From positions 746-64,745 of the forward strand of contig DLLG01000020.1 of NCBI GenBank assembly GCA_002479075.1: 64,000 nt of DNA, in the 5' to 3' direction. The notes beneath the pieces are model-generated. The model ran no database searches. It was not told the origin of the DNA and saw only the letters and a program-made list of their open reading frames with translations. Below, piece after piece: positions 46,238-55,720 of this stretch. Origin of the DNA: Clostridiales bacterium UBA7568 (GTDB lineage: Bacteria > Bacillota > Clostridia > Oscillospirales > CAG-272). The first letter of the stretch is position 1; each line of letters starts with the position of its first letter. Position numbers and translations under genes: made by a program.

Positions 46238-46903
46238 ATGCATAAAGAACACAGGAGCCGTATGAAAAACCGCTTCCTTGCGGAGGGGATTGACAGCTTT
46301 GAGCCGCACGAAATCCTTGAGCTTCTGCTCTATTATTCAATTCCTCAAAAGGACACAAACGAGCTCGCGCATACCCTTATCGACCGCTTCGGCAAGCTCT
46401 CCGCGGTTTTTGACGCCCCTTATGACGATCTTCTTTCCGTCCCCGGCGTAAGCGAGCACACGGCAACCCTCATAAAGCTCATCCCCGCTCTTTCCCGCAG
46501 ATATGCGCTTGAAAAGAATTCAAAAATACTTCTCTCAACGGTTGAGGATGTCGGCAAGTTCCTTTGCGCAAGGTTTCTCGGCGTAACGGAGGAAACTGTC
46601 CTTCTCGTGCTGCTGGATAACAAATTCAGGCTCATCGAATGTGTAAAAGTGCACGAGGGCTCTGTCAATTCCTCCGCAGTAACGATGAGAAAGCTCGTTG
46701 AGCTTGCGCTTTTCAAGAGGGCGTCCTTTGCGTATCTTGCGCATAACCATCCCGGCGGTATAGCAATACCCTCCTCTGACGATATATATACGACAAAGCA
46801 AGCCGCAAGAGCCTTTGATCTGATTGAGATAAAACTGCTGGGGCATATCGTCGTCGCAGGAGACACATTCACAAACATCGATACGCAAAACCTCGTATAT
46901 TAA
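46238..46903 (+). CDS. radC: RadC-family JAB-domain protein
   Basis: HhH N-domain and JAMM-like motif HNHPGG. Confidence 0.9.
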   Translation: MHKEHRSRMKNRFLAEGIDSFEPHEILELLLYYSIPQKDTNELAHTLIDRFGKLSAVFDAPYDDLLSVPGVSEHTATLIKLIPALSRRYALEKNSKILLSTVEDVGKFLCARFLGVTEETVLLVLLDNKFRLIECVKVHEGSVNSSAVTMRKLVELALFKRASFAYLAHNHPGGIAIPSSDDIYTTKQAARAFDLIEIKLLGHIVVAGDTFTNIDTQNLVY

Positions 46904-46912
46904 GGAGAAAAA

Positions 46913-48880
46913 ATGGATAAATTCAAGCTCGTCTCCCCGTATAAAGCGACAGGCGATCAGCCGGAGGCGATCGAGGCGCTTGTCAGCGGCGTTCTGCGCG
47001 GCGACAGGGAGCAGTCGCTCGTCGGCGTGACGGGATCGGGAAAAACGTTCACAATGGCTTCGATAATCGAAAAGGTCAACCGTCCGACGCTCGTTCTGGC
47101 ACATAACAAGACCCTCGCCGCCCAGCTCTGCTCGGAATTTCGGGAATTCTTTCCGGAAAACGCCGTTTCGTATTTCGTTTCGTACTATGATTATTACCAG
47201 CCGGAGGCGTATATCCCCGGCAAAGACCTGTATATCGAAAAGGACTCCCTCGTAAACGACGAAATCGACCGTCTCCGTCACAGCGCAACGTCTTCTCTGT
47301 TTGAAAGGCGTGACGTTATAATCGTCGCGAGCGTTTCCTGCATATATTCCCTCGGCGACCCTTCGGAATACAAGTCGCTCGTTGTCGCCGTGCGCGAGGG
47401 GATGGCAATCTCCCGCGAGGAGCTTATGCGCCGGCTCATAACCATAAACTACAATCGCAACGACCTCTCCCTCACAAGAGACAAGTTCCGCGCGAGAGGC
47501 GATACGCTTGAAATAATGCCCGCCTCGGACACAACCGCCCTCCGCATTGAATTCTTCGGCGACGAAATTGACAGGATAAGCGAGATAAACGTTCTGACGG
47601 GCGAGGTCCGTCGCCGGCTCTCGTACGCGGCGATATATCCCGCCTCGCATTATGCAACCTCCGAGGAAAAGCGGGACGCCGCCCTGGACGAAATAAACCG
47701 CGAAATGACGGAGCGCGTTGCGGAATTCAAGGAGCAGGGAAAGTTCCTCGAAGCCCAGCGCATAGAAGAGCGCACAAAATACGATATGGAGATGATACGG
47801 GAGATCGGCTTCTGCTCGGGGATTGAAAACTATTCCAGAGTGCTCTCCGGCAGGCCCGAGGGATCTGTCCCCTTCTGCCTGCTCGATTATTTCCCCCGCG
47901 ATTTTCTCCTTCTCGTCGACGAATCGCACGTAACCCTCCCTCAGGTCAGAGCTATGAGCGGAGGCGATTTTTCGCGCAAGAAAAACCTCATAGATTACGG
48001 CTTCCGTCTCCCCTCCGCATATGACAACCGCCCGCTGACCTTCCCGGAATTTGAAAGCAAGCTAAATCAGGTTATCTATGTCAGCGCAACGCCGGGCCCA
48101 TATGAAAAGCAGCACAGCACGCAGCTTGTTGAGCAGGTCATCCGCCCGACGGGACTTCTCGATCCGAAGATCGAAGTCCGCCCCGTTGCGGGACAGGTCG
48201 ATGATCTTATGGGCGAGATCAAAAAGCGCACGGAAAAAGGAGAGAGGGTTCTCGTCACAACTCTTACGAAAAAAATGGCAGAGGATCTCTGCGAGTATCT
48301 TGAAATGAACCTTATAAAAGTCCGCTATATTCATCACGAGGTTGAGACAATGGAGCGGCAGGAGTTGCTCCGCGATCTGCGCCTCGGCGTTTACGACGTT
48401 CTCGTCGGCATAAATCTGCTGCGCGAGGGGCTTGACCTGCCGGAGGTGTCGCTCGTTGCGATTCTCGACGCCGACAAAGAAGGCTTGCTGCGCTCGGAAA
48501 CGGCGCTCATTCAGACAATCGGCAGGGCGGCAAGAAACGAAAACGGCACCGTCATTATGTACGCCGACACCATAACCGATTCGATGCGCCGCGCGATCGA
48601 CGAAACCGAGCGCAGACGCAGTATTCAGGAAAAATACAATAAGGAACACAATATCGTTCCTCACACGATAAAAAAGGATGTCCGCGCGGTCATCGAAATT
48701 GCTTCAAGCAAGGAGATAAACGCCGCAAAGGGCAAAAAGAAGATGGACGCAAAGGAGAAGGACGCTCTGATCGAAAAGCTGACGGCGGAAATGAAAAAAG
48801 CCGCTTCGCAGCTTGATTTTGAGCGTGCCGCTTACCTGCGCGACAGTATTGCAAAGATAAGAAACACGGAGAAAAAATAA
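46913..48880 (+). CDS. uvrB: Excinuclease ABC subunit B
   Basis: [14 protein letters not shown], and C-terminal UVR domain FERAAYLRD. Confidence 0.98.
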   Translation: MDKFKLVSPYKATGDQPEAIEALVSGVLRGDREQSLVGVTGSGKTFTMASIIEKVNRPTLVLAHNKTLAAQLCSEFREFFPENAVSYFVSYYDYYQPEAYIPGKDLYIEKDSLVNDEIDRLRHSATSSLFERRDVIIVASVSCIYSLGDPSEYKSLVVAVREGMAISREELMRRLITINYNRNDLSLTRDKFRARGDTLEIMPASDTTALRIEFFGDEIDRISEINVLTGEVRRRLSYAAIYPASHYATSEEKRDAALDEINREMTERVAEFKEQGKFLEAQRIEERTKYDMEMIREIGFCSGIENYSRVLSGRPEGSVPFCLLDYFPRDFLLLVDESHVTLPQVRAMSGGDFSRKKNLIDYGFRLPSAYDNRPLTFPEFESKLNQVIYVSATPGPYEKQHSTQLVEQVIRPTGLLDPKIEVRPVAGQVDDLMGEIKKRTEKGERVLVTTLTKKMAEDLCEYLEMNLIKVRYIHHEVETMERQELLRDLRLGVYDVLVGINLLREGLDLPEVSLVAILDADKEGLLRSETALIQTIGRAARNENGTVIMYADTITDSMRRAIDETERRRSIQEKYNKEHNIVPHTIKKDVRAVIEIASSKEINAAKGKKKMDAKEKDALIEKLTAEMKKAASQLDFERAAYLRDSIAKIRNTEKK

Positions 48881-48881
48881 A

Positions 48882-51698
48882 ATGCCCGCAAATTTCATTC
48901 ATATAAAGGGCGTGCGCGTGCACAACCTCAAAAACATAGAGCTGACAATCCCCCGCGATAAGCTCGTGGTCTTCACGGGTCTTTCCGGCTCGGGAAAATC
49001 GTCTCTCGCCTTTGATACGATTTATGCCGAAGGTCACAGGCGGTTCGTTGAGTCGCTCTCGTCATACGCAAGGCAGTTTCTCGGTCAGCTCGACAAGCCG
49101 GATATAGACTTCATCGAGGGGCTCTCCCCCGCTATCTCGATAGACCAGAAAACAACCTCCAAAAACCCCCGCTCGACCGTCGGAACGGTGACCGAGATAT
49201 ATGATTATCTCCGTCTGCTTTATGCAAGAGTCGGCGTGCCGCATTGCCCTGTCTGCGGCAAGGAAATCCGCCGTATGCCGACAGACGTTATGATAGACAG
49301 GATAATGGCTATGCCGGAGGGCACGAAATTTATGGTTTCCGCGCCCGTCGCAAGAGGAAAAAAGGGGCGGTTTGAGAAGGTGTTCGAGGACGCCCGCAAA
49401 AACGGCTTTTCAAGAGCGCGCGTCGACGGCACCGTCTACCCGATTGACGAAATTCCGGAGCTTGACAAGAACAAAAAACATACGATAGAAATCCTTGTTG
49501 ACAGACTCGTCCGCAGAGAGGGGATAGAGCAGAGGCTTTCAGATTCGCTCGAAACCGCGCTCTCTATGGGCGGCGGAACCGTCTCGATAATCAATGCGGA
49601 AACGGAGGAGGAGCAGACCTTTTCGCAGAATTATGCCTGCGAGGAGCACGGCTTTTCCGTCCCGGAGCTTGAACCGAGAATGTTCTCCTTCAACAGCCCG
49701 ATCGGCGCCTGCGAAAAATGTGCGGGGCTGGGCGAGCTTCAGACGTTCTCCGTCGAAAAAATGATTCCGGACGAGTCGCTTTCCCTGCGCGAGGGGGCGA
49801 TAAACGTAAACGGGTTCAAAAGCCTGGATGAGGATTCCTGGTCCGGTCCGCTGCTCGAGGAGGTCGGCAAAAAGCACGGCTTTTCCCTTGATACAAAGCT
49901 CTGCGACTATTCTCCGGACGCAAAAAACGCCCTGCTGTACGGCACGGGCGACGAAAAATATCACGTTATCCGCAGCTTCGCGGGCTTGGTACACGATCAG
50001 ATCGTCAAATGGTCGGGGCTTGTAAACACCGTTCAGACACGCTTTTCGCAGATGCAGAACGAATATTATCAGGAATTTCTTGAGTTTGTCCCCTGCCCCG
50101 AGTGTCACGGAAAGCGCCTAAAAAAAGAAGTTCTCTCCGTAACCGTCGGCGGGCTGAACATAGACGAAGTCTGCTCGCTTGACATTGCTTCCGCTCTCGA
50201 CTTTTTCGAAAAGCTCTCGCTTACGGGCGCGGACGAGCAGATTGCAAGAGAAATTCTCAAAGAAATAAAATCCCGCCTCGGCTTTCTCAAAAGCGTCGGA
50301 CTTGAATATCTCACCCTCGGCAGAAAGGCGGGGACGCTTTCCGGCGGCGAGGCACAGAGAATACGCCTTGCAACGCAGATCGGTTCGTCGCTCGTCGGCG
50401 TGCTGTATATTCTCGACGAGCCGAGTATCGGACTTCATCAGCGTGACAACCGCAAGCTGATCGATACCCTCCTTCGCCTGCGCGATACGGGAAATTCGGT
50501 CATAGTCGTCGAGCACGACGAGGAAACTATGCTCGCTTCGGACTATATCGTCGACATCGGCCCCGGCGCCGGTGTTCACGGCGGCGAGGTCGTCGCGGCA
50601 GGTACGCCGGAGGAGGTTATGGCTTGTGAAAAGTCGATAACGGGACAGTACCTCTCGCATAAAAAGTTCATCCCCGTGCCTGAAACGCGCAGAGAGGGCA
50701 ACGGAAAATATCTTGTTGTCCGCGGGGCAAGGGAAAACAACCTCAAAAACATAACCGTCCGCTTCCCGCTCGGAAAATTCGTCTGTGTGACAGGCGTTTC
50801 CGGCTCCGGAAAATCGTCGCTTGTCAACGCCGTGCTTCTGAAAACTCTCCAGAAAAAGCTCAACCGCGCCATAACATACCCCGGCAAATGCGACGGTATC
50901 GACGGCATCGAAGAACTGGACAAGGTAATCGCGATAGATCAGAGCCCGATCGGGCGCACACCCCGCTCCAACCCCGCAACCTATACGGGTCTTTTCTCGG
51001 ACATCCGAGACCTTTTCGCAAGCACGCCGGACGCCAAAGTCCGCGGCTACGGCGCAGGAAGGTTCTCCTTCAACGTCAAGGGCGGGCGCTGCGAGGCTTG
51101 CCAGGGAGACGGCGTGCGCTGTATCGAAATGCATTTCCTCCCGGACGTTTACGTCACCTGCGACGTTTGCCACGGGAAACGCTACAACAGAGAGACGCTC
51201 GAAGTCAAATACAAGGGCAAGAGCATTTTTGACGTGCTGGATATGACCGTCGAAGAAGGGCTGAAATTCTTTGAAAATCTGCCGAAGCTCCGCCGCAAGC
51301 TGCAAACACTTTATGATGTCGGGCTCGGATATATAAAGATCGGGCAGTCGTCAACGACGCTCTCCGGCGGCGAAGCGCAGAGAGTCAAGCTTGCAACAGA
51401 GCTTGCGAGGAGAGGAACGGGCAGAACCGTTTATATCCTCGACGAGCCGACGACGGGTCTGCATTCGGAGGACGTCCGCAAACTGCTTGAAATGCTTTCA
51501 AGACTCTGCGAAAACGGAAACACTGTCATCGTCATCGAGCACAATCTTGACGTCATAAAGACGGCGGATCATATAATCGATCTCGGGCCCGAGGGCGGCT
51601 CCGGTGGCGGAACGATCGTTGCCGAAGGAACACCCGAAGAGGTTGCAAAATGCAAAAAGTCCTATACCGGACAGTTCCTCGCAAAGCTGCTCAAATGA
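48882..51698 (+). CDS. uvrA: Excinuclease ABC subunit A
   Basis: Two ABC modules ([18 protein letters not shown]), zinc fingers CPVCG and CEACQGDG, 938 aa. Confidence 0.98.
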   Translation: MPANFIHIKGVRVHNLKNIELTIPRDKLVVFTGLSGSGKSSLAFDTIYAEGHRRFVESLSSYARQFLGQLDKPDIDFIEGLSPAISIDQKTTSKNPRSTVGTVTEIYDYLRLLYARVGVPHCPVCGKEIRRMPTDVMIDRIMAMPEGTKFMVSAPVARGKKGRFEKVFEDARKNGFSRARVDGTVYPIDEIPELDKNKKHTIEILVDRLVRREGIEQRLSDSLETALSMGGGTVSIINAETEEEQTFSQNYACEEHGFSVPELEPRMFSFNSPIGACEKCAGLGELQTFSVEKMIPDESLSLREGAINVNGFKSLDEDSWSGPLLEEVGKKHGFSLDTKLCDYSPDAKNALLYGTGDEKYHVIRSFAGLVHDQIVKWSGLVNTVQTRFSQMQNEYYQEFLEFVPCPECHGKRLKKEVLSVTVGGLNIDEVCSLDIASALDFFEKLSLTGADEQIAREILKEIKSRLGFLKSVGLEYLTLGRKAGTLSGGEAQRIRLATQIGSSLVGVLYILDEPSIGLHQRDNRKLIDTLLRLRDTGNSVIVVEHDEETMLASDYIVDIGPGAGVHGGEVVAAGTPEEVMACEKSITGQYLSHKKFIPVPETRREGNGKYLVVRGARENNLKNITVRFPLGKFVCVTGVSGSGKSSLVNAVLLKTLQKKLNRAITYPGKCDGIDGIEELDKVIAIDQSPIGRTPRSNPATYTGLFSDIRDLFASTPDAKVRGYGAGRFSFNVKGGRCEACQGDGVRCIEMHFLPDVYVTCDVCHGKRYNRETLEVKYKGKSIFDVLDMTVEEGLKFFENLPKLRRKLQTLYDVGLGYIKIGQSSTTLSGGEAQRVKLATELARRGTGRTVYILDEPTTGLHSEDVRKLLEMLSRLCENGNTVIVIEHNLDVIKTADHIIDLGPEGGSGGGTIVAEGTPEEVAKCKKSYTGQFLAKLLK

Positions 51699-51700
51699 TA

Positions 51701-51729
51701 AAGCGCACCGCGCTTGCGGTGCGCTTTTT
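51701..51729 (+). terminator. Terminator of uvrA
   Basis: aagcgcaccgc gctt gcggtgcgctt plus TTTT. Confidence 0.85.
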
Positions 51730-51730
51730 A

Positions 51731-51759
51731 TTGACATTTCCGTCATCTTATGCTATAAT
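51731..51759 (+). promoter_or_regulatory. Consensus sigma-A promoter of the small toxin-like ORF
   Basis: TTGACA (51731-36), 17 nt, TGcTATAAT (51751-59). Confidence 0.7.
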
Positions 51760-51853
51760 CCTTTGCCGGAAGCTGTCAAGCACGGCGGCGGTTGACTTCC
51801 CTCTTTCTGAGGGAGGACTTTTTCTCCCTCGATAAACGGAGGGAGGTGATGCT

Positions 51854-51949
51854 ATGTACATAACCTGCGAAGAGCTTATTCTCTTCTCAACGTTTGTCGT
51901 TGCGCTCATATCGCTTGTGGTCAAAATCTACGGCGACAAAAAAAGATAA
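51854..51949 (+). CDS. 31-aa hydrophobic peptide, holin-like type I toxin candidate (MYITCEELILFSTFVVALISLVVKIYGDKKR)
   Basis: GGAGG SD 7 nt upstream. Polar N-terminus, one TM helix and a KKR tail. The SD is sequestered in hairpin 51824-30/51839-45. Not in the ORF track. Confidence 0.6.
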   Translation: MYITCEELILFSTFVVALISLVVKIYGDKKR

Positions 51950-51982
51950 CCGCCCCTCTTGCACTTAGGGCGGTTATCTTTT
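51938..51982. terminator. Bidirectional terminator shared by the toxin mRNA and the antisense RNA
   Basis: Stem gataaccgccc/gggcggttatc (51945-55/51968-78), with A7 upstream and T4 downstream. Confidence 0.75.
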
Positions 51983-52027
51983 AATCGTTTTCAAGTGGAA
52001 GTCAACCGTTGCCGGATGGCTTCTTTC
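51938..52027 (-). ncRNA. Predicted cis-antisense small RNA of about 90 nt (antitoxin candidate)
   Basis: Predicted to start about 7 nt downstream of the reverse-strand consensus promoter and end at the shared terminator. Contains no ORF. Overlaps the 3' end of the toxin ORF. Confidence 0.4.
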
Positions 52028-52034
52028 TATGCTT

Positions 52035-52063
52035 ATTATACAGCGTTTTTGCCCGATTGTCAA
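52035..52063 (-). promoter_or_regulatory. Consensus sigma-A promoter reading toward the toxin ORF
   Basis: Reverse strand TTGACA (52063-58), 17 nt, TATAAT (52040-35). Confidence 0.65.
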
Positions 52064-52267
52064 CCGAAAAACGCAAATTTTCAAGCCGACAGGGCGTTTT
52101 TCCCGCCCCAAATACACAATTTATTTACAAAAAGTCAACACACGCCGCGCGTTTCTCTGTTATTATTTATATAGCTTATGATTATCGGGCATAATATTTT
52201 ATCAATCGCATAAATTAAAGCGTGTCAACACTTTGAAAAATGCGGCAAACGGAGGTAAACTGACATA

Positions 52268-54265
52268 ATGAAATCAACCCTTAAAACGGTTCTGCTTTAT
52301 GCTGCCGTAGTCCTTGCGATAATCCTCGCCGTGTCCTGGATGCTTTCTTCAAGCGCAAAAGCAGCCCCGACATACGGAGACATTATCGACCTTTTCAACG
52401 AAGGAAAGGTTTCGGAATTCAACGTAAACAAAAACAACGTCCTGACCGTCAAAACGACGGACGGCGAAAAGTTTGAGATAATCATCCGCAGCGTCGATAT
52501 GTTCAGAAAAGATATTGACGGCTACCTTGAAAAACAGCTTGCGCTCCCCGAAAAGGACAGAACGCTTACCAAATGGAACATTGAGGACAACCAGCCCTCT
52601 ATCTGGCTCTCGATTCTTCCCTATGCCGTTATGGTAATAATCTTCGTTGTTTTCTGGATATATATGACGGCAAAGATCAACGGCGCAAACGGAAAAATGA
52701 ATTCTTTCTCCCGTGCGCATATAACCTTCGGTAACGACAGAAAGGATAAGGTCCTCTTCTCGGATGTTGCCGGATGCGAAGAGGAAAAACAGGATCTGCG
52801 AGAAATCGTCGATTATCTCCGCGACCCTTCCAAATACAGAAAGCTCGGCGCAAAAATACCGCACGGCGTGCTCCTTGTCGGCCCTCCCGGAACAGGTAAA
52901 ACGCTTCTTGCAAAAGCGGTTGCGGGCGAGGCAGGCGTTCCCTTCCTCTCAATCTCCGCTTCGGACTTTGTTGAAATGTATGTCGGTGTCGGTGCGTCAA
53001 GAGTCCGTGACCTTTTCGAAACGGCAAAGCGCGCTCCCGCAAGCATTATATTCATAGATGAAATCGACGCTGTCGGTCGTCACAGGGGCGCAGGTCTCGG
53101 TGGCGGTCACGACGAAAGAGAGCAGACATTGAACCAGCTCCTCGTTGAGATGGACGGTTTCGGCTCGCACGACGGAGTCATCGTTATGGCGGCAACAAAC
53201 CGCCCCGATATTCTTGACCCCGCCCTTCTCCGCCCCGGTCGTTTCGACCGTCAGGTAACCGTCGGCTATCCGGACATCAAGGGCAGAGAGGAAATTCTCC
53301 GTGTTCACGCAAGAAACAAGCCCTTCGAACAGTCTGTTGATTTCTCGCGCATTGCGCAGACGACAGTCGGCTTTACGGGCGCAGACCTTGCAAACCTTCT
53401 CAATGAAGCGGCGCTCCTTGCGGCAAGAAAGAACAAATCGCTCATAGGTGAGCCGGATATCGAAGAGGCACTTATAAAAGTAACCGTCGGTACGCAGAAA
53501 AAATCAAGAAAAATCAAAGAAAGCGAAAAGAGAAACACCGCTTATCACGAAGCAGGTCACGCAGTTCTTGCTCACCTGCTCCCGACGCAGGATCCCGTCC
53601 GCGAAATTTCAATCATCCCCAGTGGCAGAGCCCTCGGCTACACGCTTAACCCGCCGGTTGAAGATAAATACAGCGAATATAAACAGCAGCTTATTGAAGA
53701 AATCACAATGCTCCTCGGCGGCAGAGCGGCTGAAGAAATCGTCTTCGGCGATGTTTCCGGCGGAGCCTCGAACGACATTATGCGCGCAACGCAGGTCGCA
53801 AGAAAAATGGTTACTGTTTACGGTATGAGCGAGCTCGGTACAATCCGCTTCGGCGGCGAGCATTCAAGCGATGAAGTTTTCCTCGGCAGAGACTTCAATT
53901 CGTCAAAGGACTATTCGGAAGAGACCGCCGCGCTTATCGACGAGCAGATAAAGAAGATCGTTGACGGCGCATATGCGGAAGCAAAACGTATTCTCTCCGA
54001 AAACCGCTCCAAGCTCGACTTTATCGTCGAATTCCTGCTCAAATATGAGGTTATGGACGATAAACAGTTCACCGCTGCTATGGACGGTGCTTCTATGGAA
54101 GAAGTTGAAAAGATCGGCGAGGAACGTCGCAAAAAGAGCGAAGAAGAAAACGCTCTCCGCGCAAAGGCAGACGAAGAAAACCGCCGCGCGGACGAGGAAC
54201 GTCGCAGAAAAGAGGACGCAAAGCGGCACGATGACGACCGCTTCAACCATATTTACGGCGGCTGA
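52268..54265 (+). CDS. ftsH: ATP-dependent zinc metalloprotease FtsH
   Basis: Two TM segments, Walker [18 protein letters not shown], zinc site HEAGHA, and a charged C-terminal tail. Confidence 0.98.
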   Translation: MKSTLKTVLLYAAVVLAIILAVSWMLSSSAKAAPTYGDIIDLFNEGKVSEFNVNKNNVLTVKTTDGEKFEIIIRSVDMFRKDIDGYLEKQLALPEKDRTLTKWNIEDNQPSIWLSILPYAVMVIIFVVFWIYMTAKINGANGKMNSFSRAHITFGNDRKDKVLFSDVAGCEEEKQDLREIVDYLRDPSKYRKLGAKIPHGVLLVGPPGTGKTLLAKAVAGEAGVPFLSISASDFVEMYVGVGASRVRDLFETAKRAPASIIFIDEIDAVGRHRGAGLGGGHDEREQTLNQLLVEMDGFGSHDGVIVMAATNRPDILDPALLRPGRFDRQVTVGYPDIKGREEILRVHARNKPFEQSVDFSRIAQTTVGFTGADLANLLNEAALLAARKNKSLIGEPDIEEALIKVTVGTQKKSRKIKESEKRNTAYHEAGHAVLAHLLPTQDPVREISIIPSGRALGYTLNPPVEDKYSEYKQQLIEEITMLLGGRAAEEIVFGDVSGGASNDIMRATQVARKMVTVYGMSELGTIRFGGEHSSDEVFLGRDFNSSKDYSEETAALIDEQIKKIVDGAYAEAKRILSENRSKLDFIVEFLLKYEVMDDKQFTAAMDGASMEEVEKIGEERRKKSEEENALRAKADEENRRADEERRRKEDAKRHDDDRFNHIYGG

Positions 54266-54317
54266 AAAAACAAATAAAGCAAAAACCCGCAGATTGATTT
54301 CTGCGGGCTTTGTGTAT

Positions 54318-54348
54318 AACCCCCGACGGTTTCCCGTCGGGGGTTTTT
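54318..54348 (+). terminator. Terminator of ftsH (second of two hairpins)
   Basis: aacccccgacgg tttc ccgtcgggggtt plus TTT. A first hairpin lies at 54286-54307. Confidence 0.8.
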
Positions 54349-54699
54349 GAATGAAGAACATTAAGTATTATCGGCGAGGTCAATTGCCAATCTCATATGA
54401 ATGCGCATAATTAAAAAAGTGCGCCAACCGAAGCCGACGCACAAAAAACGCAAACTCCGATTGTCGCCAAACAAACCGAAGTGACAGACAGGGGCGATCC
54501 GCCCTTTGTGTCCATAATCACAAACAGATTAACGAAGCTTGCATTTTTATCAAACCCGTCTATTTGCAATTATTGCACACTGCGAGGCAGAATAATCCCC
54601 CCGACAAAAAAAGCCCCCTGCTATCACCCTTATTCGATTTGTTTGGCAGGGTTATTGTATCACGGACTGACGCATTTGTCAATACCAAATTGATTTTCC

Positions 54700-54741
54700 A
54701 AAAAAAGTTATCCCCCGACGGACATCCGTCGGGGGCTTGTT
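54700..54741 (-). terminator. Terminator of the XRE regulator gene
   Basis: cccccgacgg acat ccgtcggggg (54712-35). It has the same 10-bp stem as the ftsH terminator. U-run on the reverse strand. Confidence 0.7.
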
Positions 54742-55026
54742 TTACAGAGACTTTATTATCTCATCTATCATATTTTTCATTCCTTCAAGCCGCGAGGTCA
54801 GATCTTCCTTGCTTTTTATATCAATCTCCGTCCTGCCGACGAGATAATCTATGCTGACGCCGAAGAAGTCCGCAAGGCGAATGAGGGCATAGCTGTCCGG
54901 AGAGGTTTTGCCAGTTTCGTAATTCGATAAAGTCTTCTGATCTATCCCGGTCGCCTTTGAGACATCCGTTTGACGGAGGTCTCTGTCCTCACGCAGGTCT
55001 CTTATCCTGTTTTTATATTTTTCCAT
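54742..55026 (-). CDS. XRE-family helix-turn-helix transcriptional regulator
   Basis: IRDLREDRDLRQTDVSKATGIDQKTLSNYETGKTSP HTH_3 pattern; 94 aa. Confidence 0.88.
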   Translation of the reverse strand: MEKYKNRIRDLREDRDLRQTDVSKATGIDQKTLSNYETGKTSPDSYALIRLADFFGVSIDYLVGRTEIDIKSKEDLTSRLEGMKNMIDEIIKSL

Positions 55027-55063
55027 ACCATTCTCCGAGTATAATTTTGATTTTTCGACTCAT

Positions 55064-55085
55064 TATACTAATTTTTTACTAAAAC
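55064..55085. promoter_or_regulatory. Operator-like repeat 1 (TATACTAATTTTTTACTAAAAC)
   Basis: 20 of 22 positions identical to repeat 2. Lies in the divergent intergenic region. Confidence 0.45.
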
Positions 55086-55089
55086 CCAC

Positions 55090-55118
55090 TTGACAATCCA
55101 ATAAATTGCCTATATAAT
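55090..55118 (+). promoter_or_regulatory. Consensus sigma-A promoter of gene 55169..55648
   Basis: TTGACA, 17 nt, TATAAT. Confidence 0.65.
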
Positions 55119-55123
55119 TAGTG

Positions 55124-55145
55124 TATACTAATATTTTAGTAAAAC
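55124..55145. promoter_or_regulatory. Operator-like repeat 2 (TATACTAATATTTTAGTAAAAC), containing the palindrome TACTAA-TATT-TTAGTA
   Basis: Lies immediately downstream of the -10 element, over the expected transcription start. Confidence 0.45.
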
Positions 55146-55168
55146 AACTTTGTTTAAGGAGATTTTTT

Positions 55169-55648
55169 ATGGCAATGATGGAGTACAAAACGCGGGATGT
55201 TAATAACGAAGATGAAGCCTCGACCATTGAGTTCTGGTCAAGGTTCGGATGGACGCTCAAAAGCTCACAGCGCGTTTACAACAAGGATACCCACCTTGAA
55301 AGTTCGGGGAATGGTCTCCGCTCCGTAACAGAGACCACAGACTTCACGAGGCTTGTTTTTGAGCGTGATAAGGGTATGCCGAATTATTCACAAATCGCTG
55401 AGCTTGAAAATCGTTATCTTACGCTTCTCTCCCAAAGACCCATTGAACCAAAGATGAACGGCACAGAAGGAATCATACTGGTTTTTCTTTTGCTTATGGG
55501 GGTGCTACCCGGTATTGTATACTTTGTTTGCTTAATCAAAAAGCAGCTAAAAGAGAAAGAAGTCTATGCTACTGAATTTGCCGCTTGGGAAGAAAAAATG
55601 AAAAAAGAATGTACAGAAATCAATTCGAAATTGGCAGTTCTTATTTGA
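55169..55648 (+). CDS. Membrane protein of unknown function: DUF4177-like N-domain, one TM, coiled-coil tail
   Basis: ATG 8 nt after AAGGAG. MEYKTRDV...FWSRFGWTLKSS resembles DUF4177. TM segment GIILVFLLLMGVLPGIVYFVCLI. Confidence 0.6.
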   Translation: MAMMEYKTRDVNNEDEASTIEFWSRFGWTLKSSQRVYNKDTHLESSGNGLRSVTETTDFTRLVFERDKGMPNYSQIAELENRYLTLLSQRPIEPKMNGTEGIILVFLLLMGVLPGIVYFVCLIKKQLKEKEVYATEFAAWEEKMKKECTEINSKLAVLI

Positions 55649-55684
55649 TACACACTACACAATTATATAAACATCCCCAAAAAC

Positions 55685-55720
55685 AAAAACAGCAAGCGGT
55701 TTACGCTTGCTGTTTTTGTT
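55685..55720. terminator. Bidirectional terminator
   Basis: 14-bp stem aaaaacagcaagcg/cgcttgctgttttt. Confidence 0.8.

Noticed and set aside
46535-47929. 464-aa ORF on the reverse strand, spanning radC and much of uvrB.
   Set aside because: It is fully antisense to genes with unambiguous motifs (RadC, UvrB). The translation is Arg/Gly/Val-rich with no recognisable motifs, SD or promoter. It is a typical shadow ORF caused by codon bias.
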